This document shows, one piece after another, positions 54,856 to 64,000 of a stretch of 64,000 nt of DNA. Source of the DNA: Rotaria socialis (taxonomy: Eukaryota); assembly GCA_905331295.1 (NCBI GenBank), contig CAJNYD010000011.1, positions 64,189 to 128,188 on the forward strand. Direction: 5' to 3'. Numbering within the stretch: the stretch's first letter is position 1; every line of letters begins with the position of its first letter. The translations under genes were made by a program, and so were the position numbers. Below the pieces are notes generated by a model. That model ran no database searches, was not told the origin of the DNA, and saw only the letters and a list, made by a program, of their open reading frames with translations.

Positions 54856-56073
54856 TGTTCTTAATTTCCCCTTCCTTTAAAACTGTCATGATTTTCAAGT
54901 AGTGCTACTCCACAGTATTAATTGGTGATTGACGAGCACTAACGATAGTTCATGATCAATGATGTGTGCCTTTACTTCTTGCATATTATTTAATTAATTT
55001 CTATTTCCTGTTTCTATATAGATTTACAATATATTCGATCATTCTTACATTATTCTACTATAACTAATTTGTGTTTGCTGACTTTATCCGCCGTCCACTC
55101 CACCACCTTCTCTTATGAAATTGTTTACTTTCATATTTTAGACTCGTGGCACTTTGTCTTGACAATCAATGTATATCTGAGGAAGCTCTCATCAGTCTAG
55201 CTAGTGCTCCGTCAATATTTACTAATGCAACAATGCCAAACATACGAACTCGCTTATACGAACAGTAACTAATTTCTACATAATGGTTGCCCTTGTCAGC
55301 GTTGCTAGTGCTCCGTTTTCAATGTTAATCTCTATCGCCTTTTCCACCCCTATTTATCATGTCTAGTTTTCTATGCATTGTTGCCTTTCACTATGTTGCT
55401 GCCAAATATATAGTTAAGCTCAAGTTGAGCATGAAATAGATACTATTCAATAAAATATTTTTCTGAACATTTTAGCTTATTTGCACATGAAAGAAAACTT
55501 CAAGGATGTATGTTCTAAATTAAAAGTTAATCAACTTTCCGTTTCCGAGTTTATAATTCTTCTAAGATAAAATCCCAAACTGTCAGTCTTAAAAGAAGAT
55601 TAATTCGATGCAACAATTATAAATAACATAAATAAATTGCCTGCTGACAGTTGTAAGTAATCTTTTCTTTTGTTTTTTTTGATAGAAAGTGTCTTTACAA
55701 ACATGTGTCCGTGTATCTGATCTCATTCGCACTTGATGATCGAACTTGCCGATCAGCAACAAAACTAGACTTGTGTTTTCTATCATCAAATAACTAAAAA
55801 TAACACATACGGATTGGTATTATATATAGCGTAATTTTAAAACCGTCCACAAAAATCTGCGAATATCAAGTCAGTAAGTATAAACTAACTATCACCTGCC
55901 CTTGTATTGTAGGAGACGAAATTATTCATATATTCTACTATTTTTCATGAAGTTTCTTTTCAATATTTTTTCCGGTGCTCTTTTGATCCGATTGATTACG
56001 GACATTATTCGATCTATTGCTATCTTACGGCCAATCGACTATCAAAAAAGAATAATTTTTTCCGCTACATCAT

Positions 56074-56116
56074 ATGAATGAATGAATCAATGAATGAATG
56101 AATGAATGAATGAATG
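56074..56116. repeat. (TGAA)n microsatellite
   Basis: About 10 TGAA units with one interruption. Confidence 0.9.
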
Positions 56117-57054
56117 ACAGCATAACGACGCACAAAAGTGGCAATAACAGAAAAGAAAATTTATATACACAGTATTGATTGAGGTCCTCAGAGTTATGCC
56201 AAAATGTGACCATGAGTGACAGCTTGTCTGAATGATAGTTAACGAAGTGTCAAAACTCACAATTTTGTGTAAAGTAGAACAAAAATTTTCATATACATAT
56301 AATTTATTTTTCTAAATCATTATTTTATGGTGAATTTATGTCAAACGAAATCAAAAGGAAGACACGCTGTTATTATGTCTTTATACTCCTATTAAAGTAA
56401 ATACATGATGTGCTGTTTATATAATTACCTAAATGTCGGCTATTCTTTTTCCTTGCCGTAAGTTTTACGTAGTATCCTTTTCTTTCTTTGGTGATTTCAT
56501 TTCCATTGAGATGTGCGCTTCTTTTACGACGAAAACAAAACTATATTATACAATAAAAGAAAAGAAAATTCATTATGCATAAATCTGACAGACCGGGTTT
56601 TTTAAAAGAATGAAATGATATTTCCAATTTTTATTAATCAAGTCAACTATTACTGAAGTTTAACAGATACTTCGACGACTAAGAGACATCGTGACATCAA
56701 AAGTTTCTGATGCATTGATTAACACTCGGTCTTTTGTGCGTTATGTTAGGCAGTCTGTATTCTATGTTGTATGTCGTTCATGTAGAGAAGAACCTTTTTA
56801 GCGTATATCGAAAACAATCCTATGACAGATTGGTTTATTATAACAGATGCGTAGATTTATAACAAATAAGCCTTTTTTTTTCAATAGAGAGATTTAAATT
56901 TAGATTATTATTATTATTATTATTATTATGTTTTCGATGAAAAGAAAAAGAACTCTCCTTCTCATTCCGCTGTTTTAGATGAAACATATAAGTAAAATTT
57001 GCGTCTGACAGCATATTATAAACGTCACATCATTCAATATTAGTAGATAACGTC

Positions 57055-59299
57055 ATGATTGCCAACGATAGTAACGTAACAATGCCACGTATTGAATGGC
57101 TTCCCGGTTTACAATTAGCAGCTTGTATTTTTTATAGTATTATACTTTTGGTGGGTGTTACCGGTAATATTCTCGTTATTGTTATTGTGATGAAATATCG
57201 ACATATGCGCAATGCAACTAATTTTATGTTGACAAATTTATCTGTTGCCGATCTATTTCTTCTATTATTTTGCACAGCTGACGGTTATCAACATTTGTAT
57301 GGAAAAGATAAGCACCGTTTAGGCAAATTCATGTGTATGTAAACACAAAACAAAATACAATGATTAGTTCTATTGGGAAAAAAATTCATTTTTTTGTGTT
57401 GTATTTATTTTTAGGTCGATTCAGTCCATTTGTTCAAAATGTTACAGCCACATGTTCTGTTTTAACTATTATGGCAATCAGTTATGAGAGATTCGTTGCA
57501 ATTTGTAAACCATTAAAAGTGAGTAGACGATGAAAACATGTATATCATGAAGCAAAATATTATCTTATATAGACATCTCCACACCCAACCTTATTTCAAA
57601 CCATACCAACAGTTGCTCTCTTTTGGCTTATCTCTTGTATAATTTCAAGCCCTTTTTTTATATTCACAAAGACATATATAATGGAATCAACTTACAATGA
57701 AATTATTGTTGCCTGTAATGCAAAATTTCTTGTTGTCCACATTTTTTGTTTATTCCTTTTCGTAGGTTTCACACAATTTCCGTTTTCATGGGCAACTTGG
57801 TATCTTATACCATGCACCTTAATTATTTACTTGATCATTTTAATTCTACTTTGTTACTGGAATTATTCTATTTGTCGTATACTTTTTAATCGTGAAGCTC
57901 TTTTACGTGACAATACAATTGTAACACGTTATCGCCGACAAGTAGCTCGATTACTCATTGCTTTAATTGTTTCATTTTTCGTACTAATTTTACCGCATAA
58001 AATTTGGGCTATCATTCAGCCACAATTGAGTCTGGATCAATTTCATCGGCTTGGATTTCATCGCCATTCATTTCTTATCATCGCTACGCGTTCTTTACTT
58101 TATTTGAATTCCACTGTAAGTTTCAATGAAATCATAAACATTGTTTTACAATTCTTAGCGTAGAATTTTGGGAAAAATTGATACAAAAACAGAAGCATAT
58201 TTTTTACTTTTTGTAAGACTACCTTTCGAGAAACTTCAAGTAAATATTGATTTGTTCTTACCTAGTAATCCACTTAAGTGTAAACCTCTGCTGTCGATAT
58301 TTCAAAATTCTTTTTTTAAAAGAGTTGTGTTCCCATCTGTCTTTCTAAACAGACATAAATATTTTAATAGAATGACGTGCATCATACAGAACAGTGTTTG
58401 ACACAAAAATATTCATTGCCACTAGGGTTTTTCTCAATATTTTTTTAATCGTATTCATTCTTTTACTAGTATGATATTGTTGCTATTGTAGAATGAGAAA
58501 CTTGTCTTCTGATGTAGATGAAATCAAATCAAAGATAGTGTCAATAATATACACATTCTAAATCATCTATTTTACAAATGATTATTTGCTTTTATTTACA
58601 CACGCACTGATATTATATATATATGATCATATCAAAGAAAAACAAAGAGGGAAAGAACTCCAAGCAGGTCACGAAGAACAAGTGACTATCACTATGTACT
58701 GTGAATAAGAAGGAAATACTTGTTACAAATGGAATGAAAAAATAACAATAAGGATAAAAACATGTCTAATGGCGCATTGTATAGCAGGAAAGATCAGTAA
58801 AAAAGTTGACAGCGAGTTTGCAAGCATCAGGTTAGCGCTTCCAATTCATGACAATATAATAATCATGGCTTCAAACACGTATAATCCATGATTACGACAA
58901 TGCAAGTGTACTGTAGATAAAAGATAAAGTCGTAAAACTGACTCGAAACATTTTTTTTTTAATCAATAGATCAATCCATTACTTTATTCCATCATGTCAA
59001 CAAAATTTCGTCTAAGCTTCACTAGTCTTTATCAGGGATGTTATGCGCCATCAACAAATCAGCGCACATCAACTGTACTATCTTGTAAAGAATATTCAAA
59101 GCGACCGATGTTAACCAGTACGAATAGAGATTATCTTGGCGGTAGAGTATCAACAACAAGTGGATTGGCATATTATCCAACAAAAATTGCACAAATTCAA
59201 GAGAAAAAAATGCTTCTGAACGATAATACTCCAACACCAATGACAGCAACAACAATCGATGAAACAAAATTTACTTTTCCAGATGAAAACAAAAATTAA
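57055..59299 (+). CDS. Class A (rhodopsin-like) neuropeptide GPCR, ETH/TRH/ghrelin-receptor-like
   Basis: Exons 57055-57334, 57415-57518, 57573-57714, 57766-58115, 58970-59299. Motifs GVTGNILV, MRNATNFMLTNLSVADL, SVLTIMAISYERFVAICKPL, RRQVARLL, YLNSTINPLLYSIMSTKFR. N-glycosylation sequons NDS and NVT at the N-terminus. Confidence 0.88.
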
Positions 59300-59365
59300 T
59301 AAAATAATGAATATACGTGTGTTTTCATCATTTTTCTTGAAGTATTTTTGTAAAATATATGTTGT

Positions 59366-59740
59366 ATGAGCCAGTCCACATAAGCCACACCCGGTTTTAC
59401 TCAATCAGAGATCCCAAGCGTTTGACTGCACCCTTGGGTGATCCTCCGCTTCGTAGTGTTTGAAAAGTTATTTTGAGCACCATCCCACTCATATCTTGAG
59501 AGAAAACCAATTTGGAAGGTGATTTTTCTATTGTTTTCATATAAAAGTCGTTAAAAAACGGTAAAAATTCGTTCGAAAGATCCTAATATCTCGACAGGGA
59601 GTTCTCCAATAAGGCTAAAAATTTGGTTCGAGGCTTAAACCAACATACTCTACAAGATGGGATAGATTTTACGCAAATCTAGGAACTTCATTGAGCGCCC
59701 CTCTATGGTGATCGGTCGTGGTTTATGTGGACTGGCTCAT
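59366..59740. mobile_element. MITE with ~22-bp TIR just downstream of the GPCR stop
   Basis: ATGAGCCAGTCCACATAAGCCAC ... GTGGTTTATGTGGACTGGCTCAT, with one mismatch. Confidence 0.85.
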
Positions 59741-62212
59741 TTATGAATCTATTTTAGCATGTAAATTGAAATAAATATCATAAAAATGAGGTGTCATAAG
59801 GCGAACTAAAAGAATAATCTATTAAACAATGAATGTATATATAACAGTTGTTATTAATATTGGAAATATCTGACATCAATGATTAAAAAAAACCAGCATT
59901 TGATAGTTCCACAAAGAAATCAATTTAAGAAAACATTGATGTTTTTGTGTAAAACAAAATTTCATCTATAACGTGACTTTTCAGTTCGACACTCGTGTTA
60001 ATCTCTTGATTACCTCACTGACAACATTTCTTGAATGAGATCATATCATTTTAAAATGTCGGATTTTGATAATTAATGCAAAGAATGCAATTTATTTTTA
60101 GGTATCAATCAATAGACTGGTAATATTGTTAATCTCTCAGGATCTTAATAGAATGAATCCAGAAAGTTATGAGCTAAGTTAGTTCTGCCTTTATGAAACA
60201 CTTACCAGCATATATTGTCATGTATTTTCGAAACAAATACTAGTGCGTTGGAAAACATGGCAGTATCAGTACGACTATTATTTCTCTCTTTATACGAACA
60301 TCTCAACCAATAGTTATGTTGACTAATTTAAAATAAATTGGTAGTATATTTTTCTACTCCAAACAAGTCTCTTTTAAGCGATCTACCAATTAATATGATG
60401 ACTCATCGCTTACTTTGAATAAAATAAATAATTCTAGTCAACCGATTCCAGTCGACTGTCAATAGTTAGAAAGTCCACAATGTATTCTTGGATATTTCTC
60501 GTTAATTTTCCACATGGATAGCAAAAAAAGCGCTTTAACCTCAGATGGTTTTATATTATACTATTTAATAATCTATAAATAATTCGCAGTGCCCAGATGA
60601 ACTACAGAAGCTTTCTTCGTGTTGCATTATCCATCCGACCCAAGAAGAAACGCTTTTTCGTTTTATGAACAACAAATCTGTGCTAAATCATGTTATAGTA
60701 TCTATCAGATTATCATAACAAGTCGATGCTGCTCGGCATATTTTTGCAAACATTCGGTCGGAAAAATTTGTTCTATAGAATGCACCGAAACTGTGATATT
60801 CAGCGGCATCTACTGATTAATTAAGCTCTAGTTGAGCATACTTATTTTATAATATTTGTTAATATATTTGTTTACAATCAGAAAAGAAGTATAAATATTA
60901 CAATTATTACTATTCTAGCATGTTTTCAAATATTGACTTATGCATTGTTGTCATAGCATTGAGTAGAATAATGACTGAAGGCAATAGAAAATTGAGTTAT
61001 CTCAAGAAGTTATTTATTACCTTTCTCGATTCAAGAATAAAAATCAATAAAAAATAATCTTTATTCAATTAAAAAAAGAAGTTATCTTACAAAACGCAAG
61101 TCGACATTTGTATCATCTTGCAAAGTCTTAGTGACTTGTTTTTACCGATCATACATGATATAATTGCCGATATATTATCCAGTGCTGTAATTAGCACGCT
61201 TATGGCAACATTAAAAATTCCAGAAACCCGGCAACAACTTCAAACTCGATTTCATACGAATACAATTAGTCGAGAAAGTATCAATGACATACAGGTGACT
61301 ACATTACTTTTTCAAATAGAAATGATTGAAATAACAAAAAGAAATGTTGACAGAGGAAGCAATAGAAATGTAATCTTTCTTTTTGTTCTTTTGTATGTAT
61401 GAAAAGAAAAAAAGGCATAGGAGAGAGAAACTTAACCGCTTTGTTCTTATTTTCATAAGAAAAGCAATCCCACAAATTGTTCTTTTACATCTTGCCTCGT
61501 ATATATAATTAATAGAAGCTAATCACGGAAAAGCTGGTTTATTCTCGTATGGTTAATAATAATATTGAAATACTTTTTTTTGGTCGAAGAATACGATAGA
61601 AAATAAAAACTTCTTATTTCCTGCTAACATACATTGCAGAAAATTACTAAACGTCATGTAGAAAAAAAATCAATGAGCATACGATTACGGCAAACAATCA
61701 TGAGCAGACGCTTTTAATCATGCTCGATAAAATAAAACATTCTTCAATATGTCAAATAATGCTTTACTTTCTCGAGTTATTATCAATTAATCTAGTGCAA
61801 TGCATTGCCTTTTATTTTAAACGTTTTTCTCTCGTTCGATGATAGATCAGTAAAAACAATTATTATAAATATAGATTTCTCTTTTTATTTATTTGCATTA
61901 GATTTTAACTTGAAACTAAAATGGTTCTCACATTGCAAATATCTGTGTGTAAACGCACAATTCTTTGTTCTTTTATTTGACTTTGACGAGTAAGAAATCT
62001 TTAGTTCCTCGACGCACATACACCATCTTACTTAGCAACGTATTTATATATGTATATACATAAGCGCAAACACTTACTCAGAAGATTCTTCATGTTGAAT
62101 TATATGAAGCGATAAGAGACGTTAATATATAACAGTATACAAAGATAGTAACTATAACAACTATTTCTCTTTTTCTATACGAGAAGAAATAGCATACGAT
62201 ACAATTAATAAG

Positions 62213-63799
62213 ATGTTTTCACGACCGAGAGCGAATGTCTCGGTTGTTGAATATGCGGTGAGCCATTTAATATAGATTTTTCAAATAAGATAATTTGTTT
62301 CTATTATGTTCTTAGCAACGCCTTCGTGATGAACGTGAACAGAAACGATCAGGCCTCGATGACCGACATCGATATTTTTTTGATATTATCGCAACTCGAA
62401 TTGGAAAACTGCGCTCCGAAGTTGAAGATAATATTCTTGAAAGTCCCAACGTAAGTTTATCATCTTGAAACAATATCATTCAAAAATAATTGTATTATCA
62501 TATTAGTTTAATTTTATGAATCAATTTTTCATTGCTGATGGCAATCAATATCTGGTTTTTTTCTATCAAGAACCTGAAATAGAAAACACTCAAAGTGAAC
62601 GTATGAAAAAATAACTTGTACTTTGTTGTTATGCTTGAATTTTCAAATAAATTTGTTTTCTAGTTGACATATACCGACCTCGTCATTCATCATATTCTAG
62701 TCGGTCAGGTGAAAGTAGTACAAAAAAGATAACAACTAAAGTGATTATAGCTAATCCAAATGAGCAATCACTTCACGGAATATGTCTATCTTTCATACGG
62801 AATTCAAAAGCACTGATGATCACAGAACAAAATATCGCTGCTGTACGTTATTCAGCGTTCAACTAACTGTCGTTGACATGCTATAATACCTCGTTAAATT
62901 GTTTTTTTTATTGTAGGAAGTATGTTTTTATGCATTCGAATGCAATGCTGGATCGTTATTGGAAGCATTAAGTCGATCAATATCGGATGTTTATGTACCG
63001 TATCTTCAAACAACTGCAATGAATTGGAGTCCGAATAAGGATCCAATGGTTAAAATTAAATTTCTTGGCCATTTGAATAATTTTATTGATACACTAAATA
63101 GTGCAGATGAAAGTGTCAAAGAAAAAATTCTATTAGCACCGTGTCGAGATATTGATTTGAAACAGATAAAAACTGCGGCTGATTATGTTTCGGTAGCATC
63201 AAGTAGTGAATATTTATCATATATTGAAGAAACCATGAAAAAATGGATATCTCAATTGGAAGCAGTAAAAAATTGAAAACGAATCGTATTTTATTAGAAA
63301 AATTAATTTTCTCTTTTCTTTTTATTTCCCAAAAAAATTAAAAGGTTTTAGCAGAAAGCGAACAAATTCGTCGTGAAGCCGATGATATTGGTCCACGAGC
63401 TGAATTGAACTATTGGAAACGACGCATGACAAAATTTAATTTTCTACTTGATCAAATAAAAGCACATGAAGTAAAAGCTGTATTAACGATTTTACAAACT
63501 GCAAAATCGAAACTTATTCAAGTAAAATTCAAAATGAATTTATTCTCGATACATTCTTCTTCTTCTTTTTTCGATAGACATGGAGAACACTCGATGGAAA
63601 AATTACGGATGCAGCCAATGAAGCTAAGGATAATGTTCGATATTTATATACATTGGAAAAATTTTATGAACCATTATATAACTCTGATCCAGTTGCAATG
63701 CTTGAATATATACCCGGATTGATTAATGCTGTACGAATGATACATTCGATTTCACAATATTATAATACATCTGAACGAATGACATCGTTATTTATAAAA
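62213..63799 (+). CDS. DNAH5: Axonemal outer-arm dynein heavy chain (DNAH5/DNAH8 type), 5' part; continues beyond the window
   Basis: Exons 62213-62257, 62316-62450, 62507-62600, 62664-62842, 62917-63264, 63345-63521, 63578-63799. Sequences [83 protein letters not shown] match the DHC_N1 region. Confidence 0.9.
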
Positions 63800-64000
63800 G
63801 TGAGTTTGAGTTTTTTTTCTTCTTAAAATCATGGATTTGCTAGAAGAGAATAAGACCATTATTGTCATTAATATTAAATAAATTATGCACGAAGTAAACT
63901 TTGCTTAGTAGAGTTTCGATTTTTTTAAATAGAATATTGAAGAGAGAAAAAGTCTAAAGAGGAAGAAGTTGTTAGCGCTATCCCTGCGGGCATTCAAATG

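Overview
AT-rich eukaryotic genomic DNA with many short (~50-70 nt) GT-AG introns. Base composition, intron size and repeat content suggest a bdelloid rotifer-like animal (inference only). Six protein-coding genes can be reconstructed by hand: (1) an intronless tandem-PDZ gene (-, 2311-3075); (2) an 18-exon, ~3,516-aa sacsin-like gene (-, 4775-40676) with an intact HPD J-domain and C-terminal HEPN; (3) CEBPZ/Noc1 (-, 42241-48771); (4) a small intronless SnoaL/NTF2-like gene (+, 49903-50229); (5) a class A peptide GPCR (+, 57055-59299); (6) the 5' end of an axonemal dynein heavy chain of DNAH5/8 type (+, from 62213). The sacsin locus is the most unusual part. Its only recognisable Hsp90-like (GHKL/sr1) module has lost the catalytic motifs, and the other two appear deleted. 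Its two largest introns hold a battery of about 8 ATG-initiated exons, each ending in a phase-1 GT donor in frame with the next sacsin exon. These predict alternative N-termini (myristoyl/palmitoyl, NLS-like, hydrophobic, low-complexity) on a shared ATPase-less J-HEPN scaffold. Several MITE/Helentron-like elements, a minisatellite and an apparent two-allele assembly bubble around the single N are also present. All gene models are manual and untested against RNA.
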